Below are positions 20,877 to 31,367 of a stretch of 64,000 nt of DNA, piece by piece. Origin of the DNA: an uncultured delta proteobacterium (GTDB taxonomy: Bacteria; Desulfobacterota; RBG-13-43-22); the NCBI GenBank assembly GCA_963802945.1, contig CAWDKY010000053.1:64001-128000 (forward strand), written 5' to 3'. The translations under genes were made by a program, and so were the position numbers. The notes beneath the pieces are model-generated. The model made no database searches. It saw only the letters and a program-made list of their open reading frames with translations, and was not told the DNA's origin. Position 1 is the stretch's first letter. The number at the start of each line of letters is the position of its first letter.

Positions 20877-21020
20877 AAGGCTGGTCCATGAAGCAGTCCA
20901 CCGAGACCCCATTTTTAAGAAAAGAGATGGGGTTTTTGTTTTGGGGCGGATGATAAAAGGGAGTAGAATAATAGGATTAAATCAAAATCAATAAGACAAA
21001 TGGGGGAAAATAAGTTGGTT
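20877..21020 (+). repeat. Repeat family R1, copy 3
   Basis: Colinear with 19401-19545 over about 140 bp. Confidence 0.85.
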
Positions 21021-21068
21021 TAGAACCAACGCCCCCTCCAACACCAATTAATTCTGAATAGAGACATA

Positions 21069-22684
21069 ATGCCTAAAGTCAAGAAAGCAAACCAGAAGAA
21101 TAATAAACAGGAATCCATTGAGGCGACACTCTGGCAAGCTGCGGATAAACTGCGCAAGAACATGGATGCCGCGGAATATAAGCATGTGGTCCTTGGCTTG
21201 ATATTTCTCAAATACATATCCGATGCCTTTGAAGTCCTGCATTCCAAACTGGTGAAAGGCAAGGGCGAATATGAAGGGGCCGACCCGGAAGACCCGAACG
21301 AATACACCGCCGAAAAGGTTTTCTTTGTTCCCGCCTGTCGCCCGATGGAAACCCATTTCCGATAACGCCAAGAAGACCGAAATCCTGCTCGAAAACGGCA
21401 AGAAAGTTGATATCGGCGGATATGTCGATGAAGCCATGGAAGCCATTGAACGCCAGAACCTTTCTCTCAAAGGCGTTCTTCCCAAGGTTTACGCCCGTCA
21501 GAACCTTGACCGGGCAAGCTTGGGCGGTCTCATCGACCTTGTCGGCACGATTGCCCTTGGCACCGAAGAGGCAAAAAGCAAGGACGTGCTCGGCCAGGTG
21601 TATGAATATTTCCTCGGGCAATTTGCCCTTGCCGAGGGGAAAAAGGGCGGACAGTTCTATACCCCCAGAAGCGTTGTCAAGCTGCTGGTTGAAATGCTCG
21701 AACCATACGAAGGCCGCGTGTTCGACCCCTGCTGCGGTTCGGGCGGCATGTTTGTTCAGAGCGAGAAGTTTATCGCAGCTCACCAGGACCATTATAAAAA
21801 GAAGGAGCAACGGCAGTCAGCCTCAATCCCGCCGACCTGATCTCCATTTACGGGCAGGAGTCCAACCAGACCACCTGGCGTCTTGCCAAAATGAACCTTG
21901 CCATTCGCGGGATCGACAGCTCCAATATCAAATGGAACAATGAAGGCTCGTTTCTCAATGACGCGCACAAAGACCTGAAGGCCGACTTCATCATTGCCAA
22001 TCCGCCCTTCAACGATTCCGACTGGTCGGGCGATCTCTTAAAAGATGACGCCCGCTGGAAGTATGGCGTCCCGCCCTGCCGGCAATGCCAATTATGCCTG
22101 GATTCAGCACTTCATCTATCACATGTCGCCTACTAAGGCATGGCAGGCTTTGTGCTTGCCAAGGGTTCGCTTACTTCCAAAACCAACGGTGAAGGCGAAA
22201 CACGGAAAGCCATTATCGAAGCAGGACTCCTTGACTGCATCGTCAATCTTCCGGCAAAACTCTTTCTGAATACGCAGATACCCGCCTGCCTCTGGTTTTT
22301 GTCGCGCAGGAAAGAAGGCCGTCTGGACAAAGTTTTATTTATCGACGCCCGCAATCTCGGTTATCTGATTAACCGCCGCACAAAAGATTTTACCGATGAA
22401 GACATTGCCAGAATAGCCGATACCTATCACCACTGGCACAACAAGAACAAGACAGTATGAAGATATTCCCGGTTTCTGCAAATCCGTCTCGCTCGATGAA
22501 ATCAGGGAAAAAGATTACGTGCTCACGCCGGGCCGCTATATCGGCCTGCCGGAAGATGAGGATGATTTTGATTTTGCCGAACGATTTGGAAAGCTCAAAA
22601 CAGAGCTTGGAAGAGCAGATGAAAGAGGAGGAAAGACTTAACAGGCTGATTTTGGAAAATCTGAAAAAGGTAAAGCCTTTATGA
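21069..22684 (+). CDS. hsdM: Type I R-M methyltransferase subunit (several frameshifts)
   Basis: [80 protein letters not shown] spread across consecutive frames. Confidence 0.9.
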
Positions 22685-22800
22685 ACGGAAACGCGCTGAT
22701 AAGAAATAAAGAAAGCCAGCTTACTGAAGAAGAGGTAGAACGTATGGTATCGCAAAATGCGATACCTTCAAAATAGTCGCTGGGTGGCTCTATACTCTGA
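22681..22800 (+). pseudogene. Internally deleted ORF6N-protein remnant
   Basis: Reads [36 protein letters not shown], matching the central QLT.EE...SQ..GG motif of the neighbouring ORF6N proteins. Confidence 0.55.
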
Positions 22801-22830
22801 TTATTGAGAATTTTCGAAAGGTGAAAATCA

Positions 22831-23766
22831 ATGGCTAAATACGAAATCATGAAGAATGACGACATTCAAAGCCGTATTTATGCCATCCGCAATGTTCAGG
22901 TTATGCTGGATAGTGACTTGGCAAGACTTTACGGTGTTGAGACCAAGGTATTGAATCAGGCAGTCAAAAGAAACATTGAGAGATTTCCGCAAGAATTCAG
23001 CTTTCAACTCACCGCCGAAGAAAGAAATTTTCTAAGGTCACAATTTGTGACCTTAGCCGGCGAGACGAACTTGAAGTCACAAATTGTGACTTCAAGTTGG
23101 GGTGGCAGACGAAAAGCTCCCTATGCATTTACCGAGCAAGGTGTGGCCATGCTTTCCGGGGTTCTGAAAAGCGCTAAGGCTGTTCAGATAAGCATTCAGA
23201 TTATCAATGCCTTTGTAGCCATGCGCCGGTTTATCGCATCTAATGCAGAGGTATTTCAACGTCTTGATGTGGTGGAAAGGAAACAGATCGAGCACAAAGC
23301 GGATACTGATCATAAATTTGAACAGATTTTTAATGCCATTGAAGAACGAAGTATCAAACCAAAACAAGGCATTTTTTTCGATGGGCAGATTTTTGATGCC
23401 TATCAATTTGTCTCCGATCTGATTCGCACCGCCCGAAAATCAATTGTCTTGATTGACAATTATATCGATGATGCGGTTTTAACCTTGCTTTCCAAGGCTG
23501 ACAGGAAAGTGAGGATTACTATTTTGACCAGGACCATTTCCAAACAACTTGCTCTGGATGTGAAAAAATATAACGAACAATACCCGGCAATCACGATAAA
23601 GGAGTTTCACAACTCTCACGACAGATTTTTCATTATTGACGGCAAAACTGTTTATCATTTCGGAGCATCCTTAAAAGACCTGGGCAAGAAATGGTTCGCC
23701 TTTTCCCGATTCGATAAAGACGCTTTCAGGCTTCTGGAAAGACTGGAGGGGGTTATCGGTGAGTAG
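22831..23766 (+). CDS. ORF6N-domain protein with C-terminal PLD-like domain
   Basis: ORF6N motifs, then GIFFDGQIFDAY, SIVLIDNYID, HDRFFIID, YHFGASLKDLGKKWF. Confidence 0.88.
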   Translation: MAKYEIMKNDDIQSRIYAIRNVQVMLDSDLARLYGVETKVLNQAVKRNIERFPQEFSFQLTAEERNFLRSQFVTLAGETNLKSQIVTSSWGGRRKAPYAFTEQGVAMLSGVLKSAKAVQISIQIINAFVAMRRFIASNAEVFQRLDVVERKQIEHKADTDHKFEQIFNAIEERSIKPKQGIFFDGQIFDAYQFVSDLIRTARKSIVLIDNYIDDAVLTLLSKADRKVRITILTRTISKQLALDVKKYNEQYPAITIKEFHNSHDRFFIIDGKTVYHFGASLKDLGKKWFAFSRFDKDAFRLLERLEGVIGE

Positions 23767-24943
23767 CGGTTGGAAGGAGTGTAAGCTGGGGGATACAGGT
23801 AAAGTAGTTACAGGTAAAACACCGTCAAAAGACAATCCTGAAGATTGGGGTAGTGATATTCTTTTCATAACACCATCAGATTATAAGGATTATGGAAAAA
23901 AAGCATATTCCAGCATAAGAAAGCTTTCCGAAATTGGTACAGAAAGGCAAAAAAGCAGATTACTTCCTCCTTTATCTGTCTTAGTGACATGTATTGGTTC
24001 AGACATGGGTAAAAGTGTTGTTAATGCAGTGCCATGTGTCACCAATCAGCAAATTAACGCGATTATTCCAAATAAATCTGTTGTAAACGAAGACTATCTT
24101 TACTACCTCACCGTTGATTTATACGAAACATTACGTAGTCTTGGCGGTGATGGTACGGCCGTTCCTATCTTAAACAAGACTGATTTTGAAAATATCGATA
24201 TCCTTTTTCCTCCTCTCCCCGAACAGCGCGCCATTGCTGGTGTGCTTTCCAGCCTTGACGACAAGATTGATCTTCTGCACCGGCAGAACAAAACGCTGGA
24301 AGGAATGGCCGAGGCCATCTGGCGGAAGATGTTTGTGGAAGAGGCGGATCCAAAATGGAAGGCGGGGCCTTTAAGTGATTATGTTGAAGTAATTGACAAT
24401 AGAGGTAAAACACCTCCATTTATTGAAACGGAAACAAATTATCCAATTATCGAAGTTAATGCCTTAACAGGCATGGGAAGATTGGTCAATTATACTGCGA
24501 TAAGAAAATATGTAACTGAAGAAACTTACAATACTTGGTTTAGATCTGGTCATCCTAAAATCAACGATACTCTTATTTCTACTGTCGGGAGCGTAGGCGA
24601 AATGTCAATGTTCCTTATTGAAAAAGGCACTATTGCACAAAACGTAGTGGCATTAAGAGCAACACACACATCTCCTTTTTATCTGTATCAGTATTTAAGA
24701 TATTTTCAGAATGATATTAAAGAATATGATATCGGATCTGTGCAACCAAGCATTAAGGTGACACATTTTGTAAAAATGGATTTAATGCAACCAGATGATG
24801 AAAAGCTAAAAATATTTGATATAAAAATGCATATATTCACTGACAAAATCATCGTTAATTCAGTTCAAATCAGCACGCTCTCTCGCCTCCGCGACACGCT
24901 TCTTCCAAAGCTCATGTCCGGCGAAGTGAGGGTGAAGTTATGA
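23759..24943 (+). CDS. hsdS: Type I R-M specificity subunit
   Basis: W..CKLGD, TNQQIN, PPLPEQRAIAGVLSSLDDKIDL, LSRLRDTLLPKLMSGE; two AT-rich target recognition domains. Confidence 0.95.
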   Translation: MSSGWKECKLGDTGKVVTGKTPSKDNPEDWGSDILFITPSDYKDYGKKAYSSIRKLSEIGTERQKSRLLPPLSVLVTCIGSDMGKSVVNAVPCVTNQQINAIIPNKSVVNEDYLYYLTVDLYETLRSLGGDGTAVPILNKTDFENIDILFPPLPEQRAIAGVLSSLDDKIDLLHRQNKTLEGMAEAIWRKMFVEEADPKWKAGPLSDYVEVIDNRGKTPPFIETETNYPIIEVNALTGMGRLVNYTAIRKYVTEETYNTWFRSGHPKINDTLISTVGSVGEMSMFLIEKGTIAQNVVALRATHTSPFYLYQYLRYFQNDIKEYDIGSVQPSIKVTHFVKMDLMQPDDEKLKIFDIKMHIFTDKIIVNSVQISTLSRLRDTLLPKLMSGEVRVKL

Positions 24944-27900
24944 CTGCCTTTACCGAATCCGAAATAGAAGTCTTCTCTCTTGACGAACTCAAGCAGCAGG
25001 GCTTTTCCTACATCCCCGGTCCATCTATTGCGCCCGATGCTGAAGCAACCCAATATTTCCTGGTAGCTGAATCCGGGGCTCCATACGGCCTACCGGAAAA
25101 ACGAGCCGCTTATGCCGACGTTGTTCTGAAATATACCCTGGAACAGGCCATCAACCGCCTCAATCCTACTTTGCCTGTCTCGGCCCGCCAGGAAGCACTG
25201 AAAGCGGTACTATCCGTCTTTTCTCCCCAGCTTATTGATGCGAACGAAGCCTTCCATAAAATGCTTGCTGAAGGTGTTCCGGTTACCGTACAGAAGGACG
25301 GACAGGAACGGGGCGAGCGGGTCTGGCTGGTTGATTTTCAAAACCCGGAGAATAATGTTTTCTTCGCCATAAATCAGTTTACCGTCATTGAACATAACCA
25401 GAACAAACGCCCTGACGTGATCCTCTTTGTAAACGGTTTGCCGCTGGTAGTGATCGAGCTTAAAAACCCGGCAGATGAACAGGCCACCGTCCGAAAAGCC
25501 TACGATCAGATACAGACCTACAAAATCGTTATCCCATCGCTCTTTTTCTACAATGCTTTTTGCGTCATCTCCGATGGGTTGGAAGCCAAGGCAGGGACCA
25601 TCTCATCTGCCTTCAGCCGGTTTCAGACATGGAAAACCATTGACGGTAAAAAGGAATCCTCCCCCCATGTAAGCCAGCTTGAAGTGCTCATCAAAGGCAT
25701 GCTGAACAAGGCAACGCTCCTCGATCTGATACGGAACTTCATCGTATTTGAAAAAGACAAAAAGACAGATACCAAAACCGGCCTTACCCAGATTGAGACC
25801 GTGAAAAAGATCGCTGCCTACCACCAGTATCATGCGGTGAATAAGGCCGTAGAAAGCACTGCGTCTGGCCGCAACCGCAGAAGGGACAGCCGCAAGGCCG
25901 GCGTAGTTTGGCACACTCAAGGCTCTGGGAAAAGCCTTTCCATGGTATTTTACGCGGGAAAACTGATCCATAATCTGGATAACCCGACCATTGTGGTTAT
26001 TACCGACCGGAATGATCTCGACCAGCAGCTTTTTGATACCTTTGCCGCATCAACAAGCCTGCTCGGCCAGCCTCCGGTGCAGGCGGAATCGCGGGAGCAT
26101 TTGAAATCCCTTCTCAAAGTGGCCTCCGGGCGGGATTGTGTTTACCACCATTCAGAAGTTTTTCCCGGAGAATGATAGCTCTGCCTATGACCGGCTGTCC
26201 GAACGCCGTAATATTATCGTTATCGCCGATGAAGCGCATCGTACGCAATACGGGTTTAAGGCAAAGCTGATTGATACGAAGGACGATACGGGCAAGCCGA
26301 ACGGAAAGCGTCTTGCCTATGGATTTGCCAAGTATCTGCGGGACGCTGTCCCCAATGCGACCTTTATCGGTTTTACCGGCACGCCGGTCGAAAGCACCGA
26401 TATTAACACTCCGGCGGTATTCGGCAATTATATTGACATATATGATGTCGCCCAGGCCGTGGAAGACGGCGCCACGGTAAAGATATACTACGAAAGCCGT
26501 CTGGCTAAAGTCAACCTGACGGCAGAAGGCCGGAAACTGATAGAAGAATTTGAAAAAGAAATGACCGATGACGGTGCTTCGGAAACCCAGAAGGCCAAAG
26601 CCAAATGGACGAAACTGGAAGCCATTGTCGGTCATCCTGAGCGGCTGAAGAATCTTGCGCAGGGATATCATTGCTCATTACGAAAAGCGGGCAGAGGTTT
26701 TTGACGGCAAGGCCATGATCGTCACCATGAGCCGCCGCATAGCAGTCGCTCTTTATGGAGAAATCATTGCCCTGAGGCCTCAGTGGCACAAGTGAAGACC
26801 TGAAAGAGGGGGCGCTGAAAGTCGTTATGACTTCTTCCTCTTCCGATAAAATGGAATTCGACCCGGAAGACCCGGATAGCCTGGTGATTCCTGCATATCA
26901 CCGGACAAATAAAGAAAGCCGCCGCGTGCTCTCCGACCGGATGAAAGACCCGCAGGACTCTTTGAAGCTGGTTATTGTGCGGGATATGTGGCTGACCGGC
27001 TTTGATGTCCCCTGCCTGCATACGCTCTATATTGACAAGCTGATGAAAGGGCATACCCTCATGCAGGCCATTGCACGGGTGAACCGTGTCTTCATGGACA
27101 AACCCGGCGGACTTGTCGTCGACTACATCGGGATCGGCAATGCACTCAAAGAGGCCCTTGCTTTCTATTCCAACTCCGGCGGGAAAGGCGATCCGGCAGA
27201 GACACAGGCAAAAGCGCTTGAAATGCTGCTTGAAAAGATGGAAGTCGTGCGCCAGATGTTTCATGGGTTTGATTATATGCGCTTTTTCAGTGTCGGGACT
27301 TCCGAACGGCTCTCTATCATCCTTCAAGCCGAGGAATTCATTCTTGCACTAGAACAAGGTAAGGACCGCTTTATCAAGGAGTCCACCGCGCTTTCACAGC
27401 TTTTTGCCTTGGCCGTACCGCATGAAGACGCCCTTGCTTTGACCGATGAAATCGCCTTCTTCCAGTCCGTCCGGGCACGGCTCCTCAAGTTTGAAGGCGA
27501 TGGTGATGACGGCGATAAAAAGAATTATGAATCCGCTATCCGACAGATCGTTAATCAGGCCGTAGAATCAACCGAAGTTGTGGATATCTTTGACGCGGCC
27601 GGAATGAAAAAGCCGGAAATTTCATTGCTCTCTGAAGAATTCCTTCAGGAAGTGAAAGAGATGAAGCATAAAAACCTCGGCATTGAACTCTTGAAAAAGA
27701 TTCTCAATGATGAAATCAAGGTACGGCTTAAATTCAATATCACCGAAGGGAAGAACCTTCTGGATATGCTTGAGGCATCGATCAAGAAGTACCAGAACAA
27801 TCTTTTAACAACGGCTGAAATAATCGAGGAATTACTGGAAATCGCCAGGAAGATACGGACCGTAGACGGCTTGGCGGAAAAGCTGAAATTAACGAAGGAT

Positions 27901-28176
27901 GAATTCGCCTTCTATACTGCATTGGAAGTCAATGACAGCGCGGTAAAGATACTGGGCGATGAAACACTGAAAAATATTGCCCGTGAAATTGCCGATAAAG
28001 TGCGAAAGAATGCGACGATTGACTGGGCCATGAAAGAAAGCGCCAGGGCAAAACTCATGGTCATCGTGAGACGGACTTTGAATAAATACGGATATCCGCC
28101 GGACAAACAGCAAAAAGCCGTTGATACCGTGCTCAAACAGGCTGAAGTACTGGCGGATTATTGGGTGGAACAGTAA
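24940..28176 (+). CDS. hsdR: Type I R-M restriction subunit (frameshifts near 26130, 26660, 26790)
   Basis: [78 protein letters not shown]. Confidence 0.93.
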
Positions 28177-28181
28177 GGCAT

Positions 28182-28351
28182 TGGGGCAGGTCTATAATCT
28201 TGCACATTATAGCGAATTAAGACAGAACATCGGGGCGGGCTATTGATTTTTAAAAAATCGGGATGAATTTGAAGTTATGCCATTTTCAAACAACATCCAT
28301 CAGACTGCCTGATGATATTATTTTCTTTGGATGTGCACAGGCAATAAATAT
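28182..28351 (+). repeat. Left copy of a diverged long direct repeat (partner at 32803-32961)
   Basis: aggtctataatcttgcaca..aagacagaacatcgggg and ctgatgatattattttctttggatgtgcacaggcaataaatata recur at about 32810 and 32918. Confidence 0.75.
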
Positions 28352-28353
28352 AA

Positions 28354-28405
28354 AAATCGGGGGACACCACACTAATTTCTTAGTGAATGGTCGGGGGTCA
28401 AGCCA
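28354..28405 (+). repeat. Repeat family R2 (52-bp hairpin), copy 1
   Basis: aaatcgggggacaccacactaatttcttagtgaatggtcgggggtcaagcca is identical to 30700-30751; a half copy follows at about 28409-28434. Confidence 0.9.
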
Positions 28406-28608
28406 GCTAAAATCGGGGGACACTATACTAATTTATTAACGCTACCTTGTTAGTAAAGAGAATATTGGATTGGATCAGGTAGCGAATCTTGCCAATTACA
28501 AAGGCGTGACGTTCATGAATTAATTGAATTGGTATTTTATGGCCCGAATAGAATTTAAAGACATCAAGGACGGTCAGGCTCATCAATTCGGTTTTTAGAA
28601 AGAAAAAC

Positions 28609-28875
28609 GTGCTGTATTTTGCTTACGGTTCAAATATGGATATTGATCAGATGCTTGATAGATGTCCCGATGCAAAGCGGGTTGAAGTTGGAATACTCTC
28701 AGGGTGGGAGTTTCGCATTAATTCGCTTGGGGTCGCCACGATAGTGCCCTCAAAACATAGGACCATGGGGTTCTGTGGGAGTTGTCTGCCTCAGATGAGA
28801 AGACGCTCGATTGGTACGAGGGTGTGGCGCTCAATTTATACAAGAAGCATAGGAAGACAATATTACTCCCTTGAA
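28609..28875 (+). pseudogene. Gamma-glutamylcyclotransferase-family fragment
   Basis: LYFAYGSNM...RCPDA; after a frameshift GVLWELSASDEKTLDWYEG; truncated against the convergent gene. Confidence 0.75.
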
Positions 28876-28915
28876 CCCTGTTCGATCTTTAACCATCTTT
28901 CTTTTCAACCGCAAA

Positions 28916-30325
28916 TTACTGCGACAGTCTTCTTTTGATTTCTCCGTATTTCACCAGAGCAGACAAGGCGAGAGAGGCATGTTCGACATTGTCGAACTGA
29001 GGTATATTATATTCCCTCAAAGTATCGTCGATAGATGGCAGGCGTCGCCAAAATAACGCAATCATAGGCTTGCCGTATTTTTGTGGAATCCTTCCGAACG
29101 CGTCCACGGCATCTATTATATGTTTTCTGCGTTCTGCATGTGTCGGCTTGTAACTCCTGTCCCTGGGTACGAGGGTCAAAATTGCGTCTACCGAATCAAG
29201 TGACGCCAGCGCATCAAATACCCGCATTTCCTGTTCCGAGTCAAAATTTCCGGCGGCAAAATCCACAGGATTACTTGGATTCGGTGCATGCGGAGGCAAC
29301 ATACTCTTAAGTCTTGCGGCATCCTCCTTTGTAAATTCGGGAACTTCCATACCCAGAGCCACTATATTATCCGAAGCAACAACGCCCTGCCCGCCGTTTG
29401 CAAGTATGCCTATTCTCTTCCCTTTCGGCAAAGGCTGGCTGAAAAGCGGTTCCGCCATAATGAAAAGATGCTCTAGCTGATTTACTCTTATAATTCCCGC
29501 CTGCCTGCATATGGCGTCTAAAACATCGTCCGATCCGGCTATCGAAGCGGTATGAGACATCGTAGCACGGGCGCCCACGTAGGAACGGCCGCCTTTCATC
29601 AGCAAGATCGGTTTTTTTGCCGCTACTTTTCTCGCGACTTCGAAAAATCTGGCACCGTCTTTAAACCCTTCCATATACATCGTGATGACTTTTGTATCGT
29701 CGTCGTAGCTAAGGTATTCCAGGAAATCAGTTGCGGTTAAATCCCCCTGATTGCCGATGGCTATAAATTTGCTGAGACCATAACCTCTGTCACTGGTGAG
29801 GCGGTTTGCAATCCCGCCGAAACTGCCGCTTTGACTGATGAAAGCGACCGGACCGGACATGCGATCTTCGATGGGGGTTATATTAAGGTTGGAAGCGGAA
29901 CACCAGATACCGTTGCAATTCGGACCTACAAACCGCAAATTCCCCGCTCTGGCGATTTTTGCGGTTTCTTCTTCCAGCCTCTTCCCTGTCTCTCCTGTTT
30001 CGGCAAAATCGGCAGAAATGATAACGCCTCCTTTGACTCCTTTTTCAACGCAGGCCGTCATGACTACCGGCACCTGGGCAGCCATGACGGTGAAAACAGC
30101 CAGCTCCACCTCGCCGGGAATATCGCGAACATCGGCATAAGCCTTAACTCCCATGAGTTCTTTCGCCTTTGGATTTACGGGATAAATATTGCCCCTATAG
30201 TTTGACTGCAGCGCTCTGCGGAGCAATCTTCCGCCCCATTTTTCCATCGTACTGCTAGCCCCTATAATGGCTACGGATTTCGGCTTGAATATATGATCAA
30301 GCTGTTCAACTATTGTTTCCGACAT
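28916..30325 (-). CDS. ADP-forming acyl-CoA synthetase alpha subunit (CoA-binding protein)
   Basis: FKPKSVAIIGAS, IYPVNP, VGPNCNG, FISQSGS, SHTASIAG (phospho-His), SNPVD. No ATP-grasp domain or beta subunit nearby. Confidence 0.92.
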   Translation of the reverse strand: MSETIVEQLDHIFKPKSVAIIGASSTMEKWGGRLLRRALQSNYRGNIYPVNPKAKELMGVKAYADVRDIPGEVELAVFTVMAAQVPVVMTACVEKGVKGGVIISADFAETGETGKRLEEETAKIARAGNLRFVGPNCNGIWCSASNLNITPIEDRMSGPVAFISQSGSFGGIANRLTSDRGYGLSKFIAIGNQGDLTATDFLEYLSYDDDTKVITMYMEGFKDGARFFEVARKVAAKKPILLMKGGRSYVGARATMSHTASIAGSDDVLDAICRQAGIIRVNQLEHLFIMAEPLFSQPLPKGKRIGILANGGQGVVASDNIVALGMEVPEFTKEDAARLKSMLPPHAPNPSNPVDFAAGNFDSEQEMRVFDALASLDSVDAILTLVPRDRSYKPTHAERRKHIIDAVDAFGRIPQKYGKPMIALFWRRLPSIDDTLREYNIPQFDNVEHASLALSALVKYGEIKRRLSQ

Positions 30326-30428
30326 CTTAAACTCCTGTTGTTATCACATTCAGTTTGCTTTTCGAATTGCTGCCACAGGGCGAGACGGTTCCGTTTAAGG
30401 CGTTAAGTTGCAAATTTGCTTCAAACGG

Positions 30429-30699
30429 TGTATATCTTCAGGCCTTTTTGGACAGATGTTGTTATGGCGAGTTTTCACTTTGATACTGGTCTGAGCCATC
30501 ATTGTTAGTACCGTTGCCGTAGAAGTTGTACTTCTTTCTCCGCTGCATGGTCAATTGTTTTTTTTCTTTTCTCTTCCGTAGGATGGCCTCCTTTCTTCCC
30601 GCATAGACATCATTGGGGGATACGTTGCTCAAAGCTTCATGCGGAGTACCGTTATAGATTGCTATGGCTTCATCAATGGCCTTTTTGAGTTCATCGTCT
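30429..30699 (-). mobile_element. IS3/IS481-like transposase C-terminal remnant with its terminal end
   Basis: YNGTPHEALSNVSPNDVYAGR integrase-core tail, then tgtccaaaaaggcctgaagatataca; the 5' part is cut at the R2 repeat. Confidence 0.7.
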
Positions 30700-30751
30700 A
30701 AATCGGGGGACACCACACTAATTTCTTAGTGAATGGTCGGGGGTCAAGCCA
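30700..30751 (+). repeat. Repeat family R2, copy 2
   Basis: 52/52 identical to 28354-28405 by visual comparison. Confidence 0.9.
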
Positions 30752-30845
30752 GAGACGGACGGCTATTGACAAACGCTTAGCAATTACCTAAAATTGACCT
30801 TAACCAATTTCCCTGTATCCGTGGGAACACGGGAAAGGAGATACC

Positions 30846-31325
30846 ATGACCGAAGGTGCACCGAGCCAACCAGAAAGACGCAACCACGAACACCGCCACC
30901 ATCATGAAAAAGAAGAGGAAAAACAGGGCGAAAAAAACGAAAAATCCCGCAATGAGAAGAACTGGGACGAAAAGTGGCGCCGCGATCCCGTTCACACGAT
31001 TACCTGGGCAGCCATCTTAATCTGGGCAGGGCTGGCACTGCTCGCCGAGACCAGCGGTTGGGGTTACACCGCTTTCGGCCGGTGGAACACCTGGGCGGTT
31101 ATCATGGCTGGTGCCGGCGCTATCTTAATCCTGGCCGCCCTGATTCGCCTGATGAAGCCGGAACACCGCCGTCCCATCCTCGGCACCCTGATTCTGGGGT
31201 TTGTCTTCCTGGGTGTGGGGCTGAGCGAAATGACGGCCGTGGGCTGGGGACTTATCGGCGGAATCGTTCTCATCGTGATCGGCATCACCATTATTTTCAG
31301 GGGCATTTTCCACCAGCGCCGATAA
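30846..31325 (+). CDS. Hypothetical membrane protein with a charged His/Glu/Lys-rich N-terminus
   Basis: AAGGAG RBS; EKEEEKQGEKNEK..DEKWRRDP followed by about 4 hydrophobic helices. Confidence 0.75.
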   Translation: MTEGAPSQPERRNHEHRHHHEKEEEKQGEKNEKSRNEKNWDEKWRRDPVHTITWAAILIWAGLALLAETSGWGYTAFGRWNTWAVIMAGAGAILILAALIRLMKPEHRRPILGTLILGFVFLGVGLSEMTAVGWGLIGGIVLIVIGITIIFRGIFHQRR

Positions 31326-31367
31326 GAATCCTAAAAAAGCAACGTAATATTAGTTTCCTCGCCTCTG

